Shown: positions 36,872-55,790 of the stretch, piece by piece
Layout of the letters: every line of letters begins with the position of its first letter
Position numbering within the stretch: position 1 is the first letter of the stretch
Position numbers and translations under genes: made by a program
Notes under the pieces: model-generated
What the model was told of the DNA's origin: nothing
Databases searched by the model: none
What the model saw: the letters and a program-made list of their open reading frames with translations, nothing else
Assembly (NCBI RefSeq): GCF_009914755.1
Contig: NC_060944.1
Direction: 5' to 3' (one strand)
Source of the DNA: the human T2T-CHM13v2.0 reference genome, Homo sapiens
Length of the DNA: 64,000 nt

Positions 36872-38274
36872 TTATGAAGAAAAGAGTTTTAATTGGCTCA
36901 CAGTTCTGCAGGCTGTACAGGAAGCGTGATTCTGTCATCTGCTCAGCTTCTGGGGAGGCCTCAGGGAGCTTACAATCATGACAGAAGGCAAAAGGGAAGC
37001 AGGCATATCTTATGTGACTGGAGCAGGGGGAAGAGAGTGAGGGGGAAGTGCCACAAACTATTAAACAACCAGATCTTGTGAGAACTCACTTGCTATATAG
37101 TACCAAGCGGGGATGGTGTTAAACCATGAGAAACTGGCTCCATGATCCAATCACCTCCCTCCAGGCCCCACGTTTGGCATTGGGGATTACATTTCCACAT
37201 GAGATTTTGGTATGGACACAGATCCAAACCATATGATATACCATAAACCATAGAGCAATGATTAAAACTCAAAACCAAACCAAGCAAAAATAGTTATATG
37301 TAAAAGGCCAACAAAGAAGATTAAATGAAATAAAAATACTCAACAAATTCAAAAGAAGTCAGAGAAAGAGGAAAAGGAGAACGAACTACAGATGGGACAA
37401 ATAGAAAGCAAACAGGAAGTAGACCAATTAAAACCAAACTCTCTGGCATTCCACCAGTTGCGTGTGATTATGTAGCAACTCTTTGCCTCCGACAACAATA
37501 CCTGTCACACAGGGTTGTCATCAGAGCTTGCCACATGTGATATGGAAAGCCTGCTGTTTGCAGAACCGCAATCATTATACAGTAGCTCTTATCGTTGGTA
37601 GCAGAGACCCAGGTCTCTGTGTTGGTCATGCTGAGAGCTTTCCTTCTCATTGCTCTGTTTTCCTCCTACTTTGATCCCTTTCTGTATTTCCACGCCCCAC
37701 ACCATCTGGCTGGAGAAGATTATCAGCCTCCCGGTCTACAAATGTTCAAAGTCCATGAATCAAATAGCAAACAAATGTATTTCTGTACGTTTATCTGCTA
37801 CGCAGGGATCCAGGAGAAATGCTTTCCTTCCTTCAAGAAGTCCGTGGCTGCTGATGCCAAGAATGCTCTCTCTGTCCTCTTCTCTTTTCTGATCTGCATA
37901 TTCTCTGTTGCCCTGCACTTCTGGGAAGACTTTACACAGGGACAACTATGAGTTTTTGTAAGAAGATGAGAAATCACCACTTTGGGAACCATCCATTAGA
38001 CGTTCCAATATTGCTGCAGATAGGGACTCTATCATGTTCTCTTCTTCTCTGACACCCACCCCTTCCCCCATTGGCCACAGCAACTTGGGTTTGCTCTTCA
38101 GCTACGGCAGTGCCTACCCCTGGGGAACTGTGACTTGCTTTATACCCTATCCAATAACACAGTGCGTCCTTATACACAGTAAGTGTTCAATATACATCTG
38201 TTGAAGGGATTTCATCACAGTTAAATCTGTGGAGAGTTCAGCAGATAAGTGAGTTGCTCAAGATGGTCAGAGGC

Positions 38275-38634
38275 TGTCTTCTTCCATTTGGGCTGCCGCA
38301 ACAAAATACCTTAGCCTAGGGGGCTTATAAGCAGCAGAAATTTATGTCTCATAGGTCTGGATGCTGGCAAGTGGAAGGTCAAGGTAGTGGCAGACTGGGT
38401 GTCTGTTGAGGGCCTGTTCCTTATAGAGGGCACCTCCTAGCTGTGTCCTTACATGGTGGAAGGAGAACAAGCTCCCTTGGCTCCGTTTTACAAGGCCACT
38501 TATCCATTCATGGGGTCTTTGCTTTCATGATGAAATCACTTCCTAAAGTATTTGCCTCCTAATTCAAACCTAACCTATCAGGGGTTAGGTTTCAACACAT
38601 GGATTTTAGGGACATAAAATCATTGACTATAGCA
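38275..38634 (-). mobile_element. MLT1A-type MaLR LTR
   Basis: TGTCTT...GGGCTGCCGCAACAAAATACC...GACTATAGCA; near-TSD GAGGC/GAGAC. Confidence 0.8.
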
Positions 38635-40571
38635 GAGACATAGCTGGACCTGGGTCTGGGACCTTCTGGGTCCAGCTCCATTATGACACTTACACTGCAC
38701 ATGGTACCCCAAATGATGTAATTCTGTTCTGTGACATTGTGCCCATGAGGCAGGGACACAGTAGAGGCCTCTGCAGACATGGTTTGTTCTTGGGACGTCC
38801 ACCTGGCTTTGTGCTGTAGGCCTGGAAGAATTCACCAGCTGCCCACTCTCATGCCTCACTCAGGTTCGTGGGTCCCTCCAGGCACATGTCAGATAGCCCA
38901 CTCAATTTTTTACTTGCCCCATTTCCCTGGGTTCCCTTCTGAACTCAGGGACCATGGAGGGAGTTGGGAGTCTCTGTTTTTAGTTCATGCTCTTGTCTTC
39001 TATTTGAGAACAATGCCCAGGCAAGGCAATCTCTTTCCTACTGTTTTCTAAGAACATCAGGGGCTTCCTCCAAACTCTTCACCCACTCCCTCCACTAATC
39101 CCTTCTCCCTCAGGGACACAGGGCACAAGCCCACCTCCTGTGTGAAGATCCTGCCACAGGGTGGTTCTTTGGTTTTCTGCGGGTATCCAGACAAGAAGCT
39201 AAAGGTGAATGCACTCCGGAATCCAGGAGCACTGGCGATTTTCTCTCCTTAGCTCAGCGAGCAACCCCACAGATACCCCTAGCCCCACCCCGGGCCACTT
39301 GAATCCATACAATAAAATGTATGTCAGTTTGTTCAACTAAGGACCCCGCTGAGTATTTACTCCCTATTTAAAGATGATGTTTATTTTATTTTTGAGTTTA
39401 AATTAATCAGCCTCAGGATACAGAATTAGATAAGGCTGGGATTTAGCTCCCCTTGAGTGATTTATTTCACATCAAGCCTTCTTAACTCTTTGGCTGCAGA
39501 GGGGAAGTGCCTGTATCTTTCTCTGCAGAGTTGCCTAGGGCTGGCCAGGTGAACAGACACGCTCCCTCCTCTCCATCGTGCCAGCCAGGGCACGGTGTGT
39601 GCTTATGATGCAGCGAGTTAGAATACTAACCTTTTCATCACAATAGTCATAAATCCTCACACAAGGAAATAGAGATAATATACAAGTAGGAAAAAAAGAA
39701 AAAGAAGCAGTCTTGAATTCTGCTACCTAAAGATAACCATTGTTACCATGTAGGCAAGCTTCCTTTCATGCTGTGTCAAGTGTTTAAAAAATATGGCTCA
39801 ATATTACAAACACACAGGACTACGTAGAGGATAATTATATCAAACTTTCATGTACCTCCCAGTTAAAATTCAAACGTGGTAGCTTTTGGATGCATTTGCT
39901 CCAGAGTTTAAGGGAAGAAAACTACGGATTCAGCCATAATGTTCACGCTGACGCTTGAGTTATATGTCCCTTTTCTAGTCCAGTTACCTCAGCCCTCCCC
40001 ACTATTCTGAAGTCAATGTGTGTCTTTCCATCCATGTTTAATACCTAGTGTGCATGTCCATGAAGAATGGATAGTGTTCCTTGGTCTGTTTTTACAATTT
40101 TATACAAATAGTAGTCCATACATATTCTCCTGAAAGTTGCTTTTCCCTTCAACAATATCTTCTAGATGAATCTAGAATTCTGCATTTCTGGTGAGCAGAA
40201 GATGGGCGAACCCCCTGCAACCCCCACCCCAAGGTGATGCTGATGTTCTGGTCCAAGGCCTGCACGTAGCTTGGTGAGGCTTGGGGTCTTGGGACAGGTC
40301 TGTTGTCAGCCCTTCCTTCTGAGGAAGCACAGCCAGATGACCTTGGGGCTGGAGACCTCACTATGCCCCTCGCCAGCAGTGCGCACATCCGTCTTCACTC
40401 ATCTTCATCAATATTTGTTATCACACTTTCTGATATTGTTCCTGGATTTTGCTGTGCAGCTGAATGCGTGCCTTGTGTTTCCCAGCCCTTCGGGTCTCCT
40501 TCTCTGTGAATTGCTCCTGGCCCATATGTCTGTTGGGTCTTTGGTTTCTCCTTGCTGACTTGTAAGTGCTA

Positions 40572-40865
<294 letters not shown>

Positions 40866-40943
40866 AATTTTGATTTTAATGATCTGGATATCGATGCTTT
40901 TTTGGCCAAATACCTTACAAATATGTTTTCCCTATTGGTGCAC

Positions 40944-41298
40944 TGTATTAGTCCATTTTCACACTGCCGATAAAGACATAACCCAGACTGGGAAGAAAAA
41001 GAGGTTTAATTGGACTTACACTTCCACATGACTGAAGAGGCCTCAGAATCATGGTGGGAGGTGACAGGCACTTCTTACATGGCAGTGGCCAGAGAAATAT
41101 GAGGAAGATGCACAAGTGGAACCCCCTGATAAAACCGTCAGATCTCGTGAGACTTATTCACTACCAGGAGAACAGTATGGGGGAAGCGCCCCCATGATTC
41201 CAATTATCTACCACCAGGTCCCACCCACAACACAGGAGAATGATGGGAGGACAATTCAAGATGAGATTTGGGTGGGGACACGCAGCAAAACCATATCA
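40944..41298 (-). mobile_element. THE1A-type MaLR solo LTR
   Basis: TGTATTAGTCC...AAACCATATCA, 355 bp; TSD TGCAC at 40939-40943 and 41299-41303. Confidence 0.9.
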
Positions 41299-41549
41299 TG
41301 CACTGTCTTTTTCTTTTAACTTTATTCATCACCTCTTTTGTCAGATCAAAGCTTCTACATTTAATATGATTGAATTTATCAGTAATTTCTTTTATGGTGT
41401 CTGTGTTTTGTGTCATATTAAAAAAAGTTTTTCTCTGCTTAGTGTCATAAAATCTGTCCTCTCTTTTATTCTAAAAATTGGAAATCTGCTTTTCACATCT
41501 TGTTTTATTTCCTTTGTTCTTTGATTCGTAGGGATGTGAGGTAGAATTA

Positions 41550-41890
41550 TCTATTAGTTAACTCTTGCTTTGTAACAAGTAACTCCACACCTCAGAGACT
41601 TATGACCATAGGCCACCATTTCTCACTCATGAGCATGGGTTGCTTGGGAGGTTTCAGCTCGAACTGTGGTGGCTGAGCTGGATCTGCTCCAAGTGTCTCT
41701 GATCCTCCTGGGGTTGGGGCCTGCCAGGGTGCCTTCTTCTCATGGCAATGGCAGGAGTGCAAAGAACAAAGGGAAATGTGAAGGTCTCTTATCTTACCAC
41801 CCAGGCTCAGAATGGGCAGACTACCACTTTACCACATCCATTCACCAAAGTGAGTCACGTGGCCAAACCAGAAGTCAAGGGCAGGAAGTT
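41550..41890 (-). mobile_element. Old MLT1-family LTR
   Basis: CTTCTCATGGCAATGGCAGGAGTGCAAAG and GAGTCACGTGGCCAAACC motifs. Confidence 0.6.
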
Positions 41891-42774
41891 TAAGTATGAA
41901 TCCCATCTCCACGTGCTATGATTTCCTGGGCTTTCAACTTCTTGAGGCTGAATTGTTTTATTCTCACCTCCCCAGCCTGCAGAAAATACATTTTCTCCAG
42001 GACTTGCTGAGCCATAGGGCAGAATAATTGTAGTTGACAAGGACTAGATGGAACTCAAGGCTCCAGCCTCTGTGCAGTGGACAGGTGCCTTCTGGCCACT
42101 GAGGCCACTTCCTTCCCCTTGTCCCCATCTAGGTCCTCTGTTCTGCACCAATCTCCCTGTCATTCTGCCCAGGCCTTCCAGGAATCAGCCTCTTAATAGT
42201 TCCTGGCTTCGTTCCCTCTCTTTATTTCTATTATGTGAGTGTTTCCATCCTTATTTGGTGTAGGAGGACTGGATTGAGTCAACTCAGCCTGTCACGTTCC
42301 CAGTCTCAGCACCTGGGTAGCCCTGAGTGTTCAGCATGAGTGGGGTCCCCCGGTGTCTCCCTCCACAGCACGTTCTGAAGGCATAGGAGCTGGACTGACA
42401 TTTGGGACACCTAAACCTTTGTTCCACTTCTGCCATGACAGCTTCATTGGTCCAGGCATATCATGGCAGCTCTCTATGCCTCATTTTTTTATTCCTCACA
42501 CAATGGAATGACATAACCCTCAGTGCTTACCTAAGGCAGGAGACATGATTCCCCTGCCTTCTCCCCATTTCTGCATTTGCCAGAGCATCAGATTTTTGTG
42601 TCTGGCCAAGAATATAGTGAAGGAAGAGCAGGTAAGCTTTGGGCACAAAGAGGACATTTAAGGGTTTCACTTAAGGAAAGAAAGTCAGGGGGCAGAGAGG
42701 GGTGGTGGAGCATGATCTTGGGCCAATGATGAGGAACTAATGACGTGCAATGCTCTTGGGTTAGGTTGTGTAGC

Positions 42775-43750
42775 AGCCTGGGTCCCATCAAGAGATAGAA
42801 ACCACATAGTGGGTCTAACAGGGAAGTGTGGTATAAAGGATTGCAACTGTGATAAAAGAGTCACTGTAAGACATAAAGCAACTCTGACTGGTGCCCTAGT
42901 GCAGAGGGAGGTACCCAAGGAAGCACAGATTTGAAAGGTGTTCAGATGTCACAAAATGTGGTTCAGCCACCACATAAGAGACGTTCGTGGATTTGGGCAG
43001 GCTGGAGCTAGTCAGCAGCTGTTGCACAAGCACTAGGCCACCCACTGGAGTGCAGGTGAGGGAGCTGGCCGTGAACGGCTGGAATGCAGGGGAGGGAGCC
43101 GGCCGTGAGCCGCTGGTGTGCAAGGGAGGGAGCCGGCCATGAGCCACTGGTGTGCAGGGGAGGGAGCCGGCCAGAGCCGCTGGTGCAGGGGAGGGAGCCG
43201 GCCGAGAGCCGCTGGTGCAGGTGATGGAGCTGGCCATGAGCCGCTGGAGTGCAGATGAGGGAGCTAGCCGTGAGCCGCTGGTGCAGGGATGCATGGCGGG
43301 AGTCTGGCTGCCTTTGTAGGGCAGGAAGCCTCCAGAATGCGAGTCCCACAGGGTCTGGCAGAAGGAATGGCAGCTCTGTGTGGACCCTCTAGAATACAGG
43401 TCACTGTGTGCAGGTTGCACAAGGGGTACAAGAGGGGGTCTGGGAAACTTTTCAGGAACTTTCAGATCACATGGGCCCTGCTGCGTTTTGGTTTCCATGT
43501 CGAGATGTTGCAAGCCAAGGCTACAAGGTGGCTGAGGGACCACGCCTAGGTCTGTGGTTGGGGCTTGAACATGATCAACGCCCAGGCAGAGAGCTCCTGC
43601 CCCCTGCAGTCTCTCCATCCTCTGCCTAGATGCCTGCAGAATGTTCACTTCCAGAAGGTATATTGAACAGTGTTTCCCAGTTTATCACAGTGCACGTATT
43701 GAAAGGTGCACTAGGAGCTGGGAGGCAACAGACTGAAAACTGACACTGGA
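42775..43750 (-). mobile_element. ERVL-class LTR (LTR41/LTR52-like) carrying a minisatellite
   Basis: Ends resemble recalled consensus (GAGATAGAAACCACATAGT...; GGAGCTGGGAGGCAACAGACTGAAAACTGACAC). Subfamily uncertain. Confidence 0.5.
43042..43289. repeat. GC-rich minisatellite, 32-34 bp unit, about 7.5 copies
   Basis: Unit CCGCTGG(TG)TGCAGGGGAGGGAGCCGGCCGTGAG repeated head to tail. Confidence 0.92.
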
Positions 43751-43903
43751 GACGCTGGCTCATAGCAACGAAGAGAAGCTGAAAAGGAGTGGGAAGGAAC
43801 TAACTGTAATTTTACATCAATGATCTGCATCTTTGTTTCGATGGTTTGTGGCAACCAAAATGACTATTCTTTCTACCCTCCTAGTTCAGTCATAGCCTTA
43901 GAG

Positions 43904-44830
<927 letters not shown>

Positions 44831-45027
44831 GACTCATTTCATCCTTAGCAGAGCCCCTGAGAGAAGGGCCTTTATCTTCATTTCACAAATGAAGAGTCAA
44901 TCTCAGAGAGGTTAGCAGCTTGAGCAAGCTCACACAGTGAGAGGTGGAGCTTGGATTTGAATCCAGGTCTGTCTAACCTCAAAGACTGAAGTGGGGATGA
45001 AAATAAGTTGTCATTGTTGTTTGCCTG

Positions 45028-45128
45028 TCACTCAGGTGATGTAACTCTTGTCTAGGCTTTGCCTATGGAGACTTTGTGATATATCTCTGCACTGATCACC
45101 CAGGTGATGGGACTCTTGTCTAGGCTCT
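45028..45128. repeat. Beta satellite (68-bp Sau3A family), about 1.5 monomers
   Basis: CAGGTGATGTAACTCTTGTCTAGGCT...ATATCTCTGCACTGATCACCCAGGTGAT; period exactly 68 (45028 and 45096); GATC at 45094-45097. Confidence 0.93.
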
Positions 45129-45407
45129 TCTATCCTTGGATTGTAACCTTGCAGGATCTTGAACTCAAATCCTTTCAGGGATCGTAGAAGTGAACACATC
45201 AAAGCTGCCATGATAAAGTTGTAGAAAAGTGGGCAATATTGCCAAATGCAAAATATCTGGGATATATTTTGGTCTGAGATCACCATTTGAGATTCCTGGA
45301 AGTTAGGGAATATGGAGGCCAACTCCTGTAGGGATGTTGTATAAGACTCCAAGCCCTAAGTCAATGATCTCAACCCTGTGGATCAGCACTCTCCATGTAA
45401 TGGGACA

Positions 45408-45819
45408 TTTTAACCCATTTTCTGCTGCTATAACAGAATATCATAGACTAGGGAATCTATAAAGAAAATAAATTTATTTCTTAGAGTTCTGGAGGCTAGG
45501 AAGTCCAAGGATGAGGGGGTCTGCATCTGGTGAGAGCCTTCTTGCTGTGTCATCTCATGGCTGAAGGCAGCAGAGCAAGACTTTCAGAAAGAAAGAGAGT
45601 AAAAGGGGCTGAACTTGCTTTTAATACAAGCACACTCCCAAGATAACTAACCCACCCCCCAGATAACTAAACTTTTCCTGAGATAGTGACATTAATCCAT
45701 GCATGGGGGCAGAATCTCATAACCCAATCACTCTTATTAGGCCCCACCTCTCAACACTATCACATAGAGGATTAAGTTTCCAACACTTGAGCTCGGGGGG
45801 ACACATGAAGACCATACAT
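45408..45819 (-). mobile_element. MSTC/MSTD-type MaLR LTR
   Basis: CTGCTGCTATAACAGAATA...GGCCCCACCTCTCAACAC...GATTAAGTTTCCAACAC. Confidence 0.78.
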
Positions 45820-46049
45820 GGGGGATTGATGAGTATATGGGAGGGACCAGCCATGAATATTTTGGCTGAGAGTTGTGTTTGGGAGCTGAAGCCATGCTCC
45901 ATCATAGCAGGGCACACATAGACCTTTGAATGCTCTGAGGAATGAATATTGAACAGTGTAAATCATGGCAGAAGGTGGAATATTTAAAAGGCAGAACTGC
46001 CTGGGTCAACTAAAAGAGTGAACAAACAGCCTGTAGCCTGTGGCTGGCT

Positions 46050-46405
46050 CCTCTTCTCTTCCCATCCCCACCTTTCACCTTTCTCTCTTTCTTTCTTTCT
46101 CTCCCTCCCTCTCTCTCTCCCTTCCTTCCCTCCTTCTTTCCTTCCTTTCTTCCTTCCTCTACCTTCTTCTTTCTCTCCCTCCCTGCTTCCTTGTTTCTTT
46201 CCTTCTATTTCCCTCTTTCTCTCCCTCCTTCCTTCCTTCTCTCTCTCATTTCCTTCTCTCTTTCTTTCTCTCTCTCTCCATCTTTCTCTCCCTCCATCTT
46301 TCCTTCTCTCATTCTTTCCTTCCATCTCTCTTTCCTTCTTTGTCCCCTTCCTTCCTTCCTTTCTTCATCCCTCCTTCCTGCCTTCCTTTCTTCTCTCTTC
46401 CTTTG
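46050..46405. repeat. Pyrimidine-rich (CTTT/CCTT) low-complexity tract
   Basis: Seen directly in the sequence. Confidence 0.92.
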
Positions 46406-47517
46406 ACTGATGTGTTCTGAGCTCAAGCACCCTGTGGGGTACTAAGTGGTACCAAAATTGACTCAAGAATCAAGAAGAAATAGAAAACTAAGAAGTACTA
46501 TAACATGAAGAACATAAAATCTCTAGTAAAATAAAATCTTTCACAAAGGAAGGACTAGGCCCAGATGGTTGTATGAGCAAATTTTACAGACTTTCAAAGA
46601 ATGGATCATTCTAATTATGTTCCTAACAACTGCAGCTAGGAATATTAATGCTTGATTTTTCAAGAGCTTCATTTCCTAAAATCTGTAGGTTCAAAGGTAG
46701 ATTGGTCTGTGTTGGAAATCCTCAAATGTTGTGCAGTTCCTTGAAGTTTTAGCAGTAAAAAAGAAACGTGTTGCCTGCATTAACTTTGAATTTTGTAACT
46801 GTTACCAGTTAATAGAGATACTCTATGCATTTATATACACTCTAATTTTATAGGAATGGAGGCATATCAGACACATGGTTCTGCACCCAGGTTTTTTCCT
46901 TTGTAACATATCTTGGACATCATTTTTGAGCATCCTTTTAAAATTTATATTTTTTAAATAGCTGTGTAGTAGTCTATCATATGAATAACCATAATTTCAA
47001 TAAACAGTAAGGTGTTAATCATTAATGTGATTGATAAACATTAAAGTGATTTCTAGACTTTTGTTAATTAAAAAGGTGGTATAATACTTTCTCCCATTCA
47101 TACATAATTCCAGGCATCATGAGTATGTCTGTAGGGTAAATTTCTGGAAATGAAATTGCTGAATCAGAGAGTATTTCCATTTATAATTTTGGTATATATT
47201 GTTTAATCACAATTGATATAGTTTCTACTAATTTATAATCCCAGTAACAAGATGTGAGTACCACTTCAAACTCCACATCACTGGCAGTGCTTGAAGTCAT
47301 GATGCATATTGCCAGTCTCCCTTCAAGTAAAGTTCTATTAGCTTTACAAAAATTTTATAAATGCCAGACGTTACATTTCCAGATAGCTTTGTGGTAACCA
47401 AAAAATAATTGATTTATTAGCAATTTGTATATCACATTGAGACAAAATATATTTGTGATAAATATCATTATTGTTATGTATTTAAAACATCTCATGTATT
47501 AAGAAATCATACTTTAG

Positions 47518-52035
<4,518 letters not shown>

Positions 52036-53314
52036 ACTTTACATAAATGCATAAAGTCTAGAACAGCTAATATATTATAATGAAATGTCAACTATACTCC
52101 CAGCTGAAAGAGAACAGCATAAAATTATGAAGAGCTCTCCACAAATCTCTAAATTTATGTCCTCATAAGATTATATTTCTATTTCTTCTTGAATAATTTC
52201 CTGATTTTAGTTATGACTTAGTGATAGTAAGATGGTAATTATGAGGAGAAAATTCTCCCAACACTCCATAGAGAAAATTCTGCCTCATTTCACCACACAC
52301 CTGAGTCTTAAGTAGTCACTTCTAATGTAGCTGAATAATAGATCCTCACCCAGCTGAGTCTATGAGTTGAATCCATGTATGTGAGATAAGGCCCCCAAGG
52401 AGAGGTAATAAGCTGGGAATGCCATCAGCTCATCTTTCTTCAGGCCTATATTTGTCATTGTCACTTGTAGAAGCAGGACAGCCCTGGCATTGGGATTGGT
52501 AGTAACAGAGAGTATCAAAGGGAAAACTGAACTTCCCTAATTTTTGGAAAACAGCAGATTGGAAAGAGATGGGCTCCAATGTTTTCCATGTGTGAGGTCA
52601 TTGTCCCAGGTAGCCTTGCTCAGGACATTTCTTGTCAGCAAAATAGAAGTCAAACGATATTTCTATCTTCCAAGAGAATAGAACATAATGTCAGATTTTC
52701 TCATGGATTCCCACAAGTTCAAGAAACTATCATGGCCTTATTTAACTGCTTAAGCAGTTCAACTAAAAAATTATTAGTCTTTCAAATACACAGGAATCTG
52801 TTTGGAAAAATGTTAACCAGAAAAAGTTGGAATTCTAAAGTAAAAAATGCATAAGGCCATAACAATTTTTTATATCTTTTAATCTATATGTCAACTGGGG
52901 AAAAAAAAAACATTCTCTGAAGTTTCCTTTTATATCATTAAAGACTTATTCTTTACTACCAGCAATACAGGGCGACTTATTCAGGTTGAATATTGAAGGT
53001 AAACTTTAACTTAATTTTAAGTTTTGGCTAATTTTTAAGCATTTCTCAGTCACCTGCCATGATTTCATCTCAGAAACCAAAATCTCAATTTCATTTAGAC
53101 CTTTGAAATATTAAAATAGAAGGTTAAATGCTTCAAAATAATATTCATGTAGAGACTTACATATGTGGACCAGGAATCTCCATGTATTACAAAGTTTATG
53201 AGAACATAACAAATGTTGATATGCACATTTAATTCTGAAATAAAAACTTACAACAAATAAAACTAACAAATCAGGAAAATATTGTAGGTTACATATTTTA
53301 TGTCTAAAAATATA

Positions 53315-55305
53315 GGTATGAAACACTCAAGAATGGATAAAGGAAGAAATCACAAGAGAAAAGAAAAAATATCTAGAGACAAATTAAAAACATGAAATAC
53401 CAAAAGTTAAGAGATACATCAAAAACGGTACCATAAGGGAAAAATTTATAGCTATAAATGATTATAAAAAATAAGATACTGAATCAACAACTTTACTCCT
53501 AAGGAACTAAAAACAGAGAGAAAAAGAGGGACTATTAAAGAGGGACAACTAAAAGCTAGCAAAATTAAAAAAAAAGATAAAGATAGCAGTGGAAATAAGT
53601 GAAATAGAGAATAGAAAAACAATATCAAAAATCAACACAACCTAGTTTCTTCTCTGAAAAAGATCAAAACTGACAAAATTTTATCTAGATTAACTAAGAA
53701 AGAAAGGGAATATTCAAATTACTAAACTCAAAAATAAAATGGGTACATTACTAACAAATTTTTGGAGTAAAAAAGGGGTGTAGGAGAGTACCATAAGGGA
53801 CTATATACTAAAAAATTGAATAGCCTAAATAAAATGAACAAATTCCTAGAAACAAAAAACCTACTAAGACTGAAACAGAAAAGTTGAATAAACCTATTCA
53901 GCAAGGAGATTCAGCAGGAAGATTGCATCAGTAATCAAAAACCCAGCAACAAAGAAAAGCCTGGACCAGATGGTTTCACTGTTGAATTCTACCCAATGTT
54001 TAAAGCAGAATTAACACCGCTTCTTCTCAAACTTTTTCAAAACGTTGAAGAGGAGGTAGTTTTTTCTAACTTATTCTATGAGGCCAGTATTACCCTGACA
54101 CCAAGCCAGACAAAGGCACCATAAGAAAACTACAAACATCCCTTATACATGCTGATGCAAAAATCCTCAACAAAATACCAGCAACTCAAACTTAGCAGTA
54201 CATTAAAAGGATTATAGACTATGAATGAGTATAATTGACTCCTGAAATGAAAGTATGTTACAGCACATGAAAATCAGCATAATATCACATTAACATAAGG
54301 AAAAAACCCTCATGTAATCATCTTAAGCAAAGAAGAAAAAGCATTTGTCAAAATTTAATGCAGATTCATGACAAAATATACTTAATAAACTATAAAAAGA
54401 AAGAAAACACCTTAACATAATGTTATACAAAAAACAAAACAAAACAAAAAAAACACAGCTAACATGGTGAAAGACTGAAAGCTTTTACCCTAAGAGCAAA
54501 AACAAGGATGCATGCTTTTACTACTGCTATTTAGTATAATACTGAAGGTTCTAGTTAGTTAAAACAACAAGGTGAGTAAAAGAATTAAAGATATTCCAAT
54601 TTTTTAAAAATAAAATTATCTGTTTGCAGATGACATAAACTTATATATTAAAAATCTTTTAGTTTCTGTGAAATAAACTGTCAGATGCAATAAATAAAAT
54701 TCAGCAAAGCTGAAGGATACAAAATAATACACAAAAATCAGTTGTATTTCTACAATAACAATAAACTGTCTGAAGAAGAAATCAAGACAACGGTATCATG
54801 TATGATAGCATCAAAAGAATAAAATCCTTAGAAACCCACTTAACCAAGGAAATGAAAAACCTGTACAGCAAAAACTAGAAACATGGCATGAAAGTATTAA
54901 AGATGACACAAATAAATGAAAAGACATCATGTGTTTATGGACTGGAAGACAAAATCTTGTCAAGGTGCCATTGTTATCTATAGTCATCTACAGATTCAAT
55001 AAAATCACTGCAAACATTCCAATATTTGCAAAAATAGAAAAACCTGTTCTAAAATTCAGATGAAATCTCAAAAAACCCCAAGCAGCCAAATCAATCTTAA
55101 AATCTAACAAAGTTAGAGGACTAACACCTCCTGGTTTCAAACTTCAGTATGCAAAACAATGCTGTACCAGCATAGAGACAGACACAAAGACCAATGCAAT
55201 AGAAATAAAGAACCAAAAAATATGGTCATGATTTTTAACAAGGGCGTCAACACTGTTCAATGGGGAAAGGACAGTATTTTTTTAAATGGTGTTAAAAACG
55301 GATAT
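53315..55305 (+). mobile_element. Old L1M ORF2 fragment
   Basis: Degenerate ORF2 including CCTGGACCAGATGGTTTCACT and TCTGTTTGCAGATGACAT (FADD). Confidence 0.82.
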
Positions 55306-55309
55306 TTAC

Positions 55310-55485
55310 ATCTATCTATCTATATATTTATATGTATATATATGTATATATATTTATATGTATATATATATTTATATGTATATATTTTTATATGTATATA
55401 TATATTTATATGTATATATATATTTATATGTATATATTTTTATATGTATATATATATATATTTATATGTGTATATATATATATAT
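55310..55485. repeat. (TA)-rich compound microsatellite
   Basis: TATATATTTATATG-type units. Confidence 0.93.
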
Positions 55486-55601
55486 CCCAAATTAGCTTTT
55501 TGTCTGTCAGGTATGTTGCAGATCTATTTCCCCAGTCTGTTGACTTTGACTTTGAGACATTTTTCTCTCATACAAAATTTTAATTTTTATGGAGTCAAAT
55601 A

Positions 55602-55790
55602 CAACCTCGGCGACGATCTGGTTCCCTCACTGCCCGGCCTGCGTGAGCACGATTTCCCTCATGGCCAAGGCGGGATTACAGCGGCAGGAGAAACGCGAGA
55701 AGGAGTAGCAGACGCGCAGCTACCCAGCCCACACTCCACCAACGCTGAAATAGCCCGGCGCCCACCTCCCTCAGCCTCGGATTCGGCTCC
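55602..55790 (-). pseudogene. TUBB8P: Orphan exon 1 of a TUBB8/TUBB4Q-type beta-tubulin with short 5' flank
   Basis: Minus strand GCC-ATG at 55662: ATG AGG GAA ATC GTG CTC ACG CAG GCC GGG CAG TGA GGG AAC CAG ATC GTC GCC GAG|GTTG = [18 protein letters not shown]. This is the 57-nt beta-tubulin coding exon 1 with a GT donor at 55605-55604. VLTQ is typical of TUBB8/TUBB4Q. Confidence 0.92.

Noticed and set aside
43042-43289. CRISPR-like array or PRDM9 13-mer hotspot motif
   Set aside because: Head-to-tail tandem units with no unique spacers in primate DNA; the unit does not fit CCNCCNTNNCCNC.
42896-43648. 250-aa minus-strand ORF
   Set aside because: Lies within an LTR and a minisatellite; repetitive, with no domain recognised.
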